A DNA stretch of 64,000 nt from a virus, in the IMG/VR virus record IMGVR_UViG_3300045391_004889, positions 43,986 through 107,985 of that record; one strand, written 5' to 3'. The first letter of the stretch is position 1, and every line of letters starts with the position of its first letter. The notes under the pieces were generated by a model. That model had not been told where the DNA came from, searched no databases, and worked only from the letters and a program-made list of their open reading frames with translations. Both the position numbers and the translations under genes were made by a program. Below are positions 1-9,948 of the stretch, one piece after another.

Positions 1-1
1 C

Positions 2-421
2 GTGGTTGCGGCGGACACCGGTCGCGTGCTGATGCTGCAACGAGCGCTCACCCCTGGTGACCCGGCTGCTGGCACGTGGGAGTTCCCAGGCGGCTGCCTG
101 GATCTCGGTGAGACCCCGCTCATGGCAGCTGAACGCGAGTGGCAGGAGGAGACCGGCTGCACGTTGCCGCGAGGCAAGGTCACCGGCACCTGGGTATCCG
201 ACAACGGCGTGTACCAGGGCTTCACCTACGTGGTTCCGTCAGAGTCCAGCGTGGAGATCTTCGGTGGCCGCGACGCGGTCAGCAACCCGGATGACCCGGA
301 TGGTGACAGCATCGAGGCGTTGGCGTGGTGGGAACCAGACCAGCTGATGGACTGCCCGGCCATGCGGCCGGAGCTGGCACGTGACCTCGACTCCTGGCTG
401 GGGTTGATCTCACAGCGATGA
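2..421 (+). CDS. NUDIX hydrolase domain; 3' end of an ORF cut by the window edge (possibly a head-morphogenesis/portal-associated fusion)
   Basis: Nudix box GGCLDLGETPLMAAEREWQEETG; open to the left edge; directly upstream of the head genes. Confidence 0.8.
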   Translation: MVAADTGRVLMLQRALTPGDPAAGTWEFPGGCLDLGETPLMAAEREWQEETGCTLPRGKVTGTWVSDNGVYQGFTYVVPSESSVEIFGGRDAVSNPDDPDGDSIEALAWWEPDQLMDCPAMRPELARDLDSWLGLISQR

Positions 422-621
422 GCGACACGGCAACCCTGCTGCAGAAGCTGGCCGACGCGTTGAACGAGTGCGCGGAGGCCGGCCTCCGCATCAAGCTCAA
501 GCACAACGCGGTGTACACGCGAGAGGGGTACGTGCTCCCGGTGGACGATGACCGCTGGGTGGCACGTACCCTGCTGTACACCGAGCTTACCCCAACCGAC
601 GACCACGACGACGAGGACTGA
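418..621 (+). CDS. hypothetical protein
   Basis: ATGA overlap with upstream ORF, coding-like codon usage. Confidence 0.65.
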   Translation: MSDTATLLQKLADALNECAEAGLRIKLKHNAVYTREGYVLPVDDDRWVARTLLYTELTPTDDHDDED

Positions 622-634
622 CCGAGGAGCTGTA

Positions 635-3463
635 GTGGCTGCGACCCTGACTCCAAGTGGTGAGCTGACCTACCTCAGCTTCCCGATCACCAAGTTCGAA
701 GAGACCCCCGACGGCAACCTGTACGTCTACGGCAAGGCCACCGACGGCAGCGTGGATAGCGACGAGCAGATCGTCGACACCGACTTCAGCAGCAAGGCCA
801 TCGCGGACTGGCTGTCTTCCGGCGCCAACGTGCGGGTCCAGCACAACGCGCAGCGCGACCCCGCCGGCGTCGGCGTGGAGGTCAACACCGGCGGTGACGG
901 TGCCACCTGGGTGAAGTCCCTCGTGGTCGAGCCGACCGCGAAGACCCTGGTGCGCCACAAGGCCCTGCGAGCCTACAGCGTCGGCATCGCGCGGCCGAAG
1001 ATCGTGCGTGACAACGTCGCACGTGGTGGCCGCATCGTCGACGGTGAGATCGTCGAGATCAGCCTGGTGGACCGCCCGGCCAACAAGAACTGCGGCATCG
1101 AACTCGTCAAGGCGGACAAGGACGGCAACGCGGAGTTCACCGGCAAGGTGTTCGGTGACGGAGACGTGCTGACCAAGGCCGTCAAGGACGAGGAGACCGT
1201 GACCATCCCGGCATCCAGCACCTTCAGCCCGAGGGACCTGATGATGCTGCTCAAGCACCGTGAAGTCGCCGAGAAGCGTCTCGCCGAGGGTGTTGAGGTC
1301 GTGACACGCGCCGACGGCAGCCCACTCACCGTGGACAAGCGTCAGATGGACCCGTCCGTCGGTGGTGGTGTGGATCGCGATAAGATCCCCGCCAAGGACT
1401 TCGCCGGTCGCGACCGCTCCTTCCCGATCGTCACCCCCGGCGACGTCAGCGACGCCGCCAGCTCCATCGGTCGCGCTGGTTCCGACAACTACTCCAGCGA
1501 CAAGCTGAAGCGGAACATCATCCGCATCGCTCGCCGCAAGGGCAGCGCCTTCGTGGCTGAGCTCCCGGAGTCGTGGAAGAAGGAGCTCGGGATGAAGAGT
1601 GACGCGGAGCCGGACGAGGTGAAGGCGAACTCCGGGATGGCCGACGAGGACGAGCAGACGCCCGTCACGAAGGACGCTGACGCGGACGTCGACACCGAGG
1701 ACGACGGCGACGACAAGGCGGACGACGACGCGAAGAAGGGCGAGGCCATGGAGGCCAAGCCTGACACCACCAAGGGCATGAAGGACTGCAAGGGTTGCGG
1801 CGCCGCGTACGACGGGGACTCCAAGCTTCGTCGCTGCGCCAAGTGCAACGCCAAGCTCCCGATGGCCAAGGGTGACGCGGCGGAGACCACGAAGGCGAAG
1901 AAGACCAAGGTCGTCTGCCCCGGCTGTGGCGCAAACATCAACGCCAAGCACGGCTTCTGCCCCGAGTGCGGCAAGAAGATCCCCGGCTCCGCCAAGCCGG
2001 CCAACAAGAACCACAAGTTCACGTGCCTCGGCTGCGACCGCTTCCCCCTGGACAAGGGTGAGCGGTTCTGCCCAGGTTGCGGCAAGGAGAACCCGGGCTA
2101 CCTGGAGGCTGCTGATCGGCAGCTGAAGGTGGCCAAGGGTGCGCCTGTCCCGGGTGCCGGCGTGGTCGGTCCGGCCGCCGCTGACATCGAGCCGGTCCCA
2201 GCTCACCGTGAGCCGGACGGCGCCGCCATCGAGGCCCTGGAGAGTGACGCAGGCATGGAAACCGTTCCCGACAGCACCGTGCAGTTGAAGGCCGCCACGC
2301 GGCTCAAGTCGGTCGGCGTGACCAACGAGATGGGCGCGCTCCACGACTTGCTGTGCCCCGCCTTCAACCCGGCTGAGGCCGCCAAGGCTCACCCGATCAC
2401 CACGCTTCACACCCTGGACGCGGGTGTCTGGCAGGCCAAGGCTTCCGACGCCGTCTTCAGCGGCACGATCGAGGAGGCCGGCGCAGCCGCTCAGCTCTGG
2501 CAGGCCGCGGAGACCATCAAGAGCAGCCAGCTCGACCTGCTCAACGAGCTCCGTGACGAGGCGCACAAGTCCTTCCAGGACGCCAACCCGGGTCCCGGTT
2601 CCTTCCCGTCACCGACGGAGCTCAGCCCCGTCCGCTTCCGTCGTCCGCTGCTGACGGATGGTCGCGAGACCCCGTCACCTGGCCACGACGGTCCGAACAT
2701 GGCAGCTGTGCCCACCTCGGACATCCAGGCGGCGCAGTTCACCCGTGGTCACCTGGACTCTGGCCACGCGGCTGACAGTCCGAGCAACAAGGGCACGGCC
2801 ATCCTGCCGGCCCCGGTTCCCACCGGCGCGCCGCAGCGTACCTACTACCGCAACACGAACCGCGACTCCGCACGCAGCGCCATGGCGGCCATGCACGACC
2901 ACATCGCGCAGACCTTCCCGGACCTGTGCAGCATGAGCGCGGACGCGGGGATGGCCAACGGCTCTCGTCCGGTCCCGTCTGCGGTGGGTGCGGCCAAGTC
3001 CGAGGACGCCGTCGTGGAGCCGGTCGTCGAGACGCAGGCCGTCGAGGAGCCGAAGGTCAAGAAGGCGAAGAAGGCGAAGGCGATCGAGAAGGCCGCCACC
3101 GTCGTCGACGCTGACGTGATCAAGAGCGCGGTTCTCGAGGCCACGCGCGACCTCGCCGCCCAGGTGGAGCAGATCACCAAGTCGCTCGCCGAGGCGCAGC
3201 AGCAGAACAAGGTCCTGGCCGACGCGGTGGACGCGCTCGGCAACCTGCCGGACCCGAACGTCGCCGCCTTCCGAGGTGTCGGCTTCGAGACGGCCACCAA
3301 GTCTTCGGCAGCTCCGGTGGGGCTGCCGTCCGTCGCCGAAACCGCGGAGCGGCAGCAGGCGGCACTCATGCGAGCCCTGCAGGAGCAGGCTCGTACCAGT
3401 CCCAACCCGAGCGAGCGGGAAGCCGCTTGGGCGAAGCTCTACCAGATGAACGGGCTCGCCTGA
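635..3463 (+). CDS. prohead protease / scaffold fusion with zinc ribbons
   Basis: GAGGAG RBS then GTG 635; N-terminal HK97-type protease pattern (VYGKA..D.D.Q, AYSVG, EISLVDRPAN); three double CxxC ribbons; C-terminal coiled coil; precedes the capsid gene. Confidence 0.8.
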   Translation: MAATLTPSGELTYLSFPITKFEETPDGNLYVYGKATDGSVDSDEQIVDTDFSSKAIADWLSSGANVRVQHNAQRDPAGVGVEVNTGGDGATWVKSLVVEPTAKTLVRHKALRAYSVGIARPKIVRDNVARGGRIVDGEIVEISLVDRPANKNCGIELVKADKDGNAEFTGKVFGDGDVLTKAVKDEETVTIPASSTFSPRDLMMLLKHREVAEKRLAEGVEVVTRADGSPLTVDKRQMDPSVGGGVDRDKIPAKDFAGRDRSFPIVTPGDVSDAASSIGRAGSDNYSSDKLKRNIIRIARRKGSAFVAELPESWKKELGMKSDAEPDEVKANSGMADEDEQTPVTKDADADVDTEDDGDDKADDDAKKGEAMEAKPDTTKGMKDCKGCGAAYDGDSKLRRCAKCNAKLPMAKGDAAETTKAKKTKVVCPGCGANINAKHGFCPECGKKIPGSAKPANKNHKFTCLGCDRFPLDKGERFCPGCGKENPGYLEAADRQLKVAKGAPVPGAGVVGPAAADIEPVPAHREPDGAAIEALESDAGMETVPDSTVQLKAATRLKSVGVTNEMGALHDLLCPAFNPAEAAKAHPITTLHTLDAGVWQAKASDAVFSGTIEEAGAAAQLWQAAETIKSSQLDLLNELRDEAHKSFQDANPGPGSFPSPTELSPVRFRRPLLTDGRETPSPGHDGPNMAAVPTSDIQAAQFTRGHLDSGHAADSPSNKGTAILPAPVPTGAPQRTYYRNTNRDSARSAMAAMHDHIAQTFPDLCSMSADAGMANGSRPVPSAVGAAKSEDAVVEPVVETQAVEEPKVKKAKKAKAIEKAATVVDADVIKSAVLEATRDLAAQVEQITKSLAEAQQQNKVLADAVDALGNLPDPNVAAFRGVGFETATKSSAAPVGLPSVAETAERQQAALMRALQEQARTSPNPSEREAAWAKLYQMNGLA

Positions 3464-3527
3464 GCCGTCCCGACTACCCACTCGGCACGTGAGTGCCACC
3501 CTGATCTTCCTGTGAAAGGAGGCCTCC

Positions 3528-5342
3528 GTGGCTGACATCCTCAGCATGGAGGTGCCCGCCCCCACGGTGGGCCAGGCGTCTCAGGACGCCGCGTCGGAAG
3601 CGTCTCGTTACAACCACACCGGCGACATGCTCAAGGCCAAGATGACCGACATGGTCAAGGGCGCGGGCTTCGTCGGCAACGGTAACCACGCGCTGACGGA
3701 CCCGATGCAGATCACCACCAAGGCCCACCAGGCCGCGATGGAGCTGCGCACGGAGACGCACCGCGGTTACACCAACCGCACGTCCGTCGTGAAGTCGATG
3801 AACCCCGGCTTCCTCAACCAGTTCGGCAACCTGAAGACGGCGCTCACCATGCCGTCCATCGGCGAGCAGCTCCAGCAGCTCGTCGGTCAGATGCCGGGTG
3901 GCGCGGACGCGCTCAAGAGCTTCACCGCCGGTAACCTCGGCATCGGCACGGTCAGCGGCCTGGTGCCGTTCGACCTGCTGGCACCGTCGCGACTGATCTA
4001 CCCGGTCTACACGGTCTTCCGCAACAAGCTGCCTCGTCCGGCCGGTCAGGGCACGAGCCGCATCGAGCGCGTGTTCACCGGTGTCTCCGGTTCGCAGACC
4101 GGTGGTCAGGGTGTCGTCGACATCTCGATCCCCGAGCTCGTCCAGAGCGGCGGCACCCTGGCTAGCAGCACTTGGCCGCTGAACATCCCGGGCACCGGTT
4201 CTCAGACCGAGGTCCAGCTCAACGTGCCGTACAAGTTCTTCGGCCTCACCGAGTCGCTCTCGTGGCTGGCGCAGTTCGCCGGCCAGGGCTTCGAGGACAT
4301 CTCCGCTCTCGCGAACCTCATCCTCCTGCAGGAGATGATGCTCGGCGAGGAGTACCAGATGCTCGCGGCCACGAGCCAGGCGCTCACCACGCCTGGTGCC
4401 CCGACCGCGGCGGTTCGAGCGGCCGGCTCCAACGAGACCGCGCTCAACACCACGCTCACCAACGTCGCGGTCGTCGCGAAGAACTACTACGGTGGCACCG
4501 CGGGTTCGACGAACTCCGGCAGCTTCACCGTCTCGGCCGGCCAGGTCGTGGACGTCACCATCGCGCCGGTCGCGGGTGCCCTGTCCTACGACATCTACGG
4601 CTACGACGGCAGCAGCTACTACCTGCTCGCGCAGAACGTCGGTGGTGTCAAGTACACCCTGCAGGGCAGCACGCTTCCGAGCGCGGTCAGCAAGCCGGCC
4701 ACCGACTCGGGCACCGGTTCCGCCACCCGCATGGAGGGCATCATCCCGACCCTGGCGGGTAAGTCCGCCGCGGCGGGTGTGTACCCGAACCAGTGGCAGG
4801 GTGGCTACTACAACGCCAGCGTCGGTCAGCACCTGAACTACAACGTGTTGTACACCGCGCTGCAGCAGCTGTGGGACGACAGCGGCAGCAACAACCCCGG
4901 CTCGTTCCGCGCTGACCCGGCGGAGATCGTCGGTGAGGGTGGCGACATCATGCGCCTCTCGAACGACGTCATCGCGCAGGGTTCGGCCACGAACTACCGC
5001 CTCTTCCTGGAGCAGAGCGAGGTGCCAGGCGTCCGCGTCGGTGCCGCGGTCTCCGAGTTCCAGAACCCGATCACCCGGTCGGTGCTCAAGCTCGTGGTCC
5101 ACCCGTGGCTGACGCAGGGTACCGCGATGCTGATGACCTACCAGCTCCCACAGACGTGGACGAACGTCGCCAACGCGTGGGAGATGACCATGGTGCAGGA
5201 CTACGTGTCCATCGCCTGGCCGGTCATCGACGCGACCTTCCGGTACTCGATCTTCATGTACGGCGCGCTCGTCTCGCACGCCCCGCAGTACTCCGGCCTC
5301 ATCCAGGGTCTGCAGGTCTCGGACACCACGCCGTTCAGCTAG
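3528..5342 (+). CDS. major capsid protein with internal Ig/FN3-like insertion
   Basis: AAGGAGG RBS, strongly biased codons, position after protease, followed by a strong hairpin. Confidence 0.8.
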   Translation: MADILSMEVPAPTVGQASQDAASEASRYNHTGDMLKAKMTDMVKGAGFVGNGNHALTDPMQITTKAHQAAMELRTETHRGYTNRTSVVKSMNPGFLNQFGNLKTALTMPSIGEQLQQLVGQMPGGADALKSFTAGNLGIGTVSGLVPFDLLAPSRLIYPVYTVFRNKLPRPAGQGTSRIERVFTGVSGSQTGGQGVVDISIPELVQSGGTLASSTWPLNIPGTGSQTEVQLNVPYKFFGLTESLSWLAQFAGQGFEDISALANLILLQEMMLGEEYQMLAATSQALTTPGAPTAAVRAAGSNETALNTTLTNVAVVAKNYYGGTAGSTNSGSFTVSAGQVVDVTIAPVAGALSYDIYGYDGSSYYLLAQNVGGVKYTLQGSTLPSAVSKPATDSGTGSATRMEGIIPTLAGKSAAAGVYPNQWQGGYYNASVGQHLNYNVLYTALQQLWDDSGSNNPGSFRADPAEIVGEGGDIMRLSNDVIAQGSATNYRLFLEQSEVPGVRVGAAVSEFQNPITRSVLKLVVHPWLTQGTAMLMTYQLPQTWTNVANAWEMTMVQDYVSIAWPVIDATFRYSIFMYGALVSHAPQYSGLIQGLQVSDTTPFS

Positions 5343-5350
5343 TCGAACCC

Positions 5351-5378
5351 GCGGCCCGGCACGCGAGTGCCGGGCCGC
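5351..5378 (+). terminator. hairpin after capsid gene (terminator or stabiliser)
   Basis: GCGGCCCGGCAC-GCGA-GTGCCGGGCCGC, perfect 12-bp stem with GNRA loop. Confidence 0.7.
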
Positions 5379-5399
5379 TTCACACGGAAGGCACCGCAA

Positions 5400-5720
5400 G
5401 TGGCTATCTTCGCTGCTGGCACCGCGACGACCACTTCGGTCGGCAACAGTGCCACCAAGGTTTTCGACGTCACCTCGTCCAACTGGGCTGACGGCGCGAC
5501 TCTCACCAACGTGACCGTCCTCAACACGGGAACCGTCACGGCCTTCATCGGCATCGCGGCTGTCACCGCCACGGGTCTGCGTCTGGCTCCCGGCCAGCAG
5601 CTGACCATCTACGGGTACAGCTACGTCAAGGGCAACACCGCCGGTGACATCTACGCGATCACCGCGTCGGGTACCACGACCATCGAGACCGGTCTCAGCA
5701 CGGTCAACGCGACCGTCTGA
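5400..5720 (+). CDS. small beta-rich virion (decoration-like) protein, paralog 1
   Basis: GTG after GGAAGG; NTGT...TATGLRLAPG motif. Confidence 0.65.
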   Translation: MAIFAAGTATTTSVGNSATKVFDVTSSNWADGATLTNVTVLNTGTVTAFIGIAAVTATGLRLAPGQQLTIYGYSYVKGNTAGDIYAITASGTTTIETGLSTVNATV

Positions 5721-5729
5721 GTCCACAAG

Positions 5730-5763
5730 CTGGCCGGCTGGTACCCATCGTGCCAGCCGGCCA
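5730..5763 (+). terminator. intergenic hairpin
   Basis: TGGCCGGCTGGTAC...GTGCCAGCCGGCCA. Confidence 0.55.
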
Positions 5764-5784
5764 CCCACCCGAAAGGCGTTCACC

Positions 5785-6261
5785 GTGACTGTGAGCACCG
5801 TCTCCGTCCCGTCCTCGCCCGTCGTGGTGTTCGCCCCGTCGGGTAGCGACACGACCGGCGTTCTCGTCAACACCGGCACCAGCGTGCTGTATCTGGGTCA
5901 GTCGGCGGTCACCGCGGCCACCGGCTTCCCGCTCCAGCCTGGGGCGTCGCTCCAGGTCAACTCGAACGTCAAGCTGTACGCGGTGGCGGGCACCGACGTG
6001 ATCGGTACCCCGACCTCCGCCGCAAGCGCTCCGATCTCCTCGGGTGCCACGGCAATCACCGTCGCCTCCGGCGGCGCCAGCTTCACACAGAACATGATCG
6101 TCTCGATCATCGATGGCAACAACACGGAGCTCGTTACCGTGGGTGCCGGTTCGGGGCCCACGAGCGTGGTCGTCTCCGCAACGGCTCACGCGCATGCCAG
6201 CGGCGTCGCGTTTGGTCAGTTCATCCGACACGCGGGTGGCAGCATCCAGGTCACCATGTGA
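5785..6261 (+). CDS. virion protein, paralog 2 with an extra C-terminal beta module
   Basis: GAAAGG RBS; NTGT...TAATGFPLQPG; C-terminal ..AHASG module. Confidence 0.65.
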   Translation: MTVSTVSVPSSPVVVFAPSGSDTTGVLVNTGTSVLYLGQSAVTAATGFPLQPGASLQVNSNVKLYAVAGTDVIGTPTSAASAPISSGATAITVASGGASFTQNMIVSIIDGNNTELVTVGAGSGPTSVVVSATAHAHASGVAFGQFIRHAGGSIQVTM

Positions 6262-6272
6262 GGGTGTAACTG

Positions 6273-6560
6273 ATGGCGATCGTCTCCGGGAACTTCACCC
6301 CCACCACCACCTCAACTGCCGTCGCCACGATCCCGAACGGTCCGTGCCAGGTCGTGCTCAGCAACACGAGCAGCGTCACGGTCTACTTCGCGGTCGGTAC
6401 CAACGCGGCGACCGCCGCAAACGGATTTGCCATCCCTGCGGGGGCCCCACCGGTCACCGTGGTGGCGTATCCTGGATCAGCAGGCGGACCACTCAACGTC
6501 GTCATCGCGAGCGGAACCGCGACCGGCGTCGTGAGCTGGTTCATCTCCACCACTCAGTAG
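6273..6560 (+). CDS. small virion protein, paralog 3
   Basis: NTSS...TAANGFAIPAG motif. Confidence 0.65.
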   Translation: MAIVSGNFTPTTTSTAVATIPNGPCQVVLSNTSSVTVYFAVGTNAATAANGFAIPAGAPPVTVVAYPGSAGGPLNVVIASGTATGVVSWFISTTQ

Positions 6561-6568
6561 GAGGCGCG

Positions 6569-6847
6569 ATGGCCACGAAGGTGCAGCTGCCACCCGGTTG
6601 CAAGGGCTTCGACTGCAAGGACGGCACGCGATACACGGCCGCCCGCGCAGGCGGCAGCGTGATGATGGAAGACCGACACGCGGCGGCTCTCAACAAGAGC
6701 CAGTACGCGAGCCAGGACTTCATCTCAGGCAAGGGAGCGGAGTCCTTCGGCACCAAGCGTGGTCAGCGCTGCGAACCGTGTCGTCGCACCTGGAACGCGT
6801 GGAACGCCACGTGCCCGAAGTGCGGCGCCGAGACCACCCCGGTGTAG
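6569..6847 (+). CDS. zinc-ribbon protein
   Basis: AGGAGG RBS; CEPC..CPKC. Confidence 0.65.
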   Translation: MATKVQLPPGCKGFDCKDGTRYTAARAGGSVMMEDRHAAALNKSQYASQDFISGKGAESFGTKRGQRCEPCRRTWNAWNATCPKCGAETTPV

Positions 6848-6900
6848 TTGTACGCCGAGCTCTCAGAAACTGAACCGAACAACTTGAGGAAGAGGTCGCC

Positions 6901-7584
6901 ATGACCGTTTGGGCGCGCAACGACGTGTGCGCGGTGTCCATCTCCCCCGAGCACGGAGGCTGTGGCGAGTCCCACACCCGACCCGTGGTCAAGGGCGCAC
7001 CCGTCAAGATCTGGGCACTCACGTGCCACGGCGGCTGCGAGGATCACCTGCGCGGAAACTCGCTCTGGTCTGGCACGCCGCAGGGTGTGCCGGAGACGCC
7101 CGACGAGACGGCCACCCGTCTCGACGTCGAACGACGCGGGCAGATCGAGCAGCAGGCCACCATGGCAAGCGCGCTCAACGACCTGGCCAAGCTCGGTGAC
7201 CTGCCGTCGATGATCGCGCTTTTGGCGCAGTCGATGGCCGGCAACGCCCCACAGCAGCTGACGGGTCAGACGGTTCAGCTCTGCCGCAACGGGCACCGTA
7301 ACCCGGAGGCCACCAAGTTCTGCGGGGAGTGCGGGGCGGACATGAACGACGGTGTCGGCAAGGCACCCGTCGCAGAGGTGACCCAGGGTCAGGCCGAGGC
7401 GGGCACTCAGCAGGCTGAGAACGCCTCGAAGTCCGGCATCGACCTGTCCGCCCTGGACCCTGAGACGGCCAAGCTCTCAGACCTCAAGGAGATCGCGGAG
7501 CAGGTCGGCGCCCCGACCGCTCGCTCCAAGGCGGAGCAGATCTCTCTCATCCAGCAGGCAGTGCAGCAGACCCCGGAAGCGTAA
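6901..7584 (+). CDS. zinc-ribbon protein with C-terminal HeH/Rho-N-like motif
   Basis: CRNGH..FCGECG; KLSDLKEIAEQVGAPTARSKAEQISLI. Confidence 0.65.
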   Translation: MTVWARNDVCAVSISPEHGGCGESHTRPVVKGAPVKIWALTCHGGCEDHLRGNSLWSGTPQGVPETPDETATRLDVERRGQIEQQATMASALNDLAKLGDLPSMIALLAQSMAGNAPQQLTGQTVQLCRNGHRNPEATKFCGECGADMNDGVGKAPVAEVTQGQAEAGTQQAENASKSGIDLSALDPETAKLSDLKEIAEQVGAPTARSKAEQISLIQQAVQQTPEA

Positions 7585-7601
7585 CCACCAGGACGGAGCG
7601 C

Positions 7602-7754
7602 ATGAGGCGCCGAAGCAAGTGCAGTCTGTGCTCCGGCCACGGGAAGCGTGAGCCGGTGGGGTCCTGCCGGGAGTGCAACTCGGACTTCTGTGACCGTCAC
7701 GGCACGTGGGTTGATGGCAAGTGGCTCTGCGCCAAGTGCGCCAGACGGAGGTAG
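7602..7754 (+). CDS. 50-aa Cys/His-rich (B-box-like) zinc finger, absent from the ORF track
   Basis: GGAG RBS; MRRRSKCSLC..CREC...FCDRH...LCAKC; fills the intergenic gap. Confidence 0.6.
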   Translation: MRRRSKCSLCSGHGKREPVGSCRECNSDFCDRHGTWVDGKWLCAKCARRR

Positions 7755-7763
7755 GGAGGGACA

Positions 7764-8705
7764 GTGGCGACCCCGTACGTGAACCCGGAGATGATCGTCA
7801 ACGCGCCCACGGGCATCTCGTGGTCGATCATTCCCTTCCCCAAGGCCACCACGGCGCAGCAGCTCGCGGAGCAGACGAACATCTGCTGGCGAGCGACGAC
7901 CATCGTGGACGGCTGGTGCAATCAGGCGCTGCGTTCCACCATCGACAGCGAGCAGCGCTCAGGACCCGGTGACTACCGCATCAACGTGGAGCAGTCCACG
8001 GGGAACGTGCGTTGGATCCTGAGTCGCTGGCCGGTGACGGAGATCCTGGCGGTCCAGACGGCGTCCAACGCGGTCTTCCCGCGTCAGTGGACCCAGGTGC
8101 CTCAGGGCATGTGGGACATCGAGAACCCGGCCATCGGGGTCTACGGCTCCTACGTGCCCGCAGGTTCGGGCGGTGCGGGTGGTCAGTCGATCACCCTCGC
8201 CCCCGGCTACGCCGGCTGGGGTCTCGGCCGTAACGGCTACCGCTTCGCCGCCACGTACGTCAACGGGTGGCCACACGCTGGGTTGAAGGCGGAAGTCACC
8301 GCCGGCTCCACCACGCTCACCGTGGATGACGTCACCGGGTTCGCGGGTGCCAGCGCCTTCATCTACGACGGTGAGAGCACGGAGGTCGTCAGCGTCACCT
8401 CGGTGACGGCCAACACCCCATACACGCTCCCGAACGGGGGCGGCACCGCACAGGCCGGTCCGGGCACCCTCACCCTGGCCGGCCCGGTGTCGTACAACCA
8501 CCCGAGCAACCTCATCGTGTCGTCGCTTCCTCAGGACGTCATGTGGGCCACGATCCTGGCCGCCACGACCCAGGCCCTGGACGCGGGCATCACCAGCGTC
8601 AGCATCCAGAACATCCCGGGCTCACAGACCGTGGGTGGCCACGGCATTGACGATCTCAAACTGCAGTACCGAGAGCTTCTCAACCCGTACAGGCGGGTGA
8701 TCTGA
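7764..8705 (+). CDS. head-to-tail adaptor
   Basis: gp6-like pattern (ATTIVDGWC, RWPVTEI, YVNGWP, LPQDV, ELLNPYRR); position. Confidence 0.7.
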   Translation: MATPYVNPEMIVNAPTGISWSIIPFPKATTAQQLAEQTNICWRATTIVDGWCNQALRSTIDSEQRSGPGDYRINVEQSTGNVRWILSRWPVTEILAVQTASNAVFPRQWTQVPQGMWDIENPAIGVYGSYVPAGSGGAGGQSITLAPGYAGWGLGRNGYRFAATYVNGWPHAGLKAEVTAGSTTLTVDDVTGFAGASAFIYDGESTEVVSVTSVTANTPYTLPNGGGTAQAGPGTLTLAGPVSYNHPSNLIVSSLPQDVMWATILAATTQALDAGITSVSIQNIPGSQTVGGHGIDDLKLQYRELLNPYRRVI

Positions 8706-9184
8706 TGCCGCTCAACTCCGTGCAAGAGTACGTCAAGGGACTGCTCGACGGTCTCACCATTCCCGGTGCCGGTGCCTCCCTGGAGGCGTACATCACGCCA
8801 CCCGTGGTGGAGGACATCGATCACCCGAAGGCGTACATTCTCGGTGGCCGCCTTCGCGGACGTCGACAGACCGCTCCACGTGGCCCGGGCTTCAAGTACC
8901 TGGCCTGGGTGGTGGACGTGTACATCACCTATGAGACGATCCCGGACAGCCCGACGGTTGACCAGGAGATGGCGTTGATCATCGACGCCATCATGGCCAA
9001 GACCTGGACCACGACGATGCCGCTGTTCATCACCGACTCGGTGACCGGCGTCAAGAGTCAGATCCTGGCCATCGGTGAGGACTTCGAGCTGGAGTACCCA
9101 CCGGAACGAACCCCCGCCACGTTGCGCATGCTGTACTACGCCGCGCGGCTGGGTCTGGACGTCTACGAGGCGGTGCAGGGATGA
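8705..9184 (+). CDS. neck / tail terminator-like protein
   Basis: TGATG coupling, size and position. Confidence 0.55.
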   Translation: MPLNSVQEYVKGLLDGLTIPGAGASLEAYITPPVVEDIDHPKAYILGGRLRGRRQTAPRGPGFKYLAWVVDVYITYETIPDSPTVDQEMALIIDAIMAKTWTTTMPLFITDSVTGVKSQILAIGEDFELEYPPERTPATLRMLYYAARLGLDVYEAVQG

Positions 9185-9639
9185 TCAGCATGACGCTGGA
9201 GAAGAGCGAGCTGAAGTTCCGTGATCGCTTCCGATGGAACACCGTCGCCAGACGATGGGCGGTGGAGACCGCCGAGGTCGTCACGCGAGCGGTTCGGGAC
9301 GCGGCACCCGTCGGCAAGCGTGAGGGTGAGAACCACAACGGTCAGCTGCGTGACTCCATCGATCACAAGGTCGTCGTCGGCGCGACGAGTGCCACGGTGG
9401 AGATCTACAGCCGGGTGCCGTACGTCGGCTACGTGATCCGAGGCACGTCACCTCACCCGATCCAGCCGGTCAACGCGACCAGGCTACACTGGATCAGCGG
9501 TGGCAACCACATCTATCGTTCCCTGGTCCAACACCCTGGAACGAAGGCCAACCCGTTCGCGGAGAACGCGACTCGGGGACTCGCCGCGGCGACCAATCGT
9601 CGTCTCGCCGAGGCTGTCAAGACGTCACTGGAGGTATGA
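9181..9639 (+). CDS. HK97 gp10-like tail completion protein
   Basis: APV...GQLRDSI, YV.YV..GT, HPGTKANPF. Confidence 0.7.
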   Translation: MISMTLEKSELKFRDRFRWNTVARRWAVETAEVVTRAVRDAAPVGKREGENHNGQLRDSIDHKVVVGATSATVEIYSRVPYVGYVIRGTSPHPIQPVNATRLHWISGGNHIYRSLVQHPGTKANPFAENATRGLAAATNRRLAEAVKTSLEV

Positions 9640-9640
9640 C

Positions 9641-9937
9641 GTGAGGCTGACCTACACCGGTCTGACGCCGGTGACGTTCACCGACAACCGGGTGGGCGAG
9701 AAGTTTCCAGGTGACGAGTTCAACCTCCCCGACGAAGACGTGACGCCGTTCCTGGCGCGCGCCGACGTCGCAGTGGTTGAGCCCGTCGCCCCGACGCCGG
9801 CACTCATGCCTGCGGTGCTCCCCAGCTTGAGCATCCCCGTCGTTCCCGACGTGGAGCCTGACCCCGAACCGCCGGCCGCCGACGAGGCAGCTGACGAGCC
9901 GGTGGCCGACGAGGCCACCACCGACCCAGCTAGCTAA
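9641..9937 (+). CDS. hypothetical protein, Pro/acidic C-terminus
   Basis: GGAGG RBS then GTG 9641. Confidence 0.55.
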   Translation: MRLTYTGLTPVTFTDNRVGEKFPGDEFNLPDEDVTPFLARADVAVVEPVAPTPALMPAVLPSLSIPVVPDVEPDPEPPAADEAADEPVADEATTDPAS

Positions 9938-9948
9938 GGAGGCCGTCC

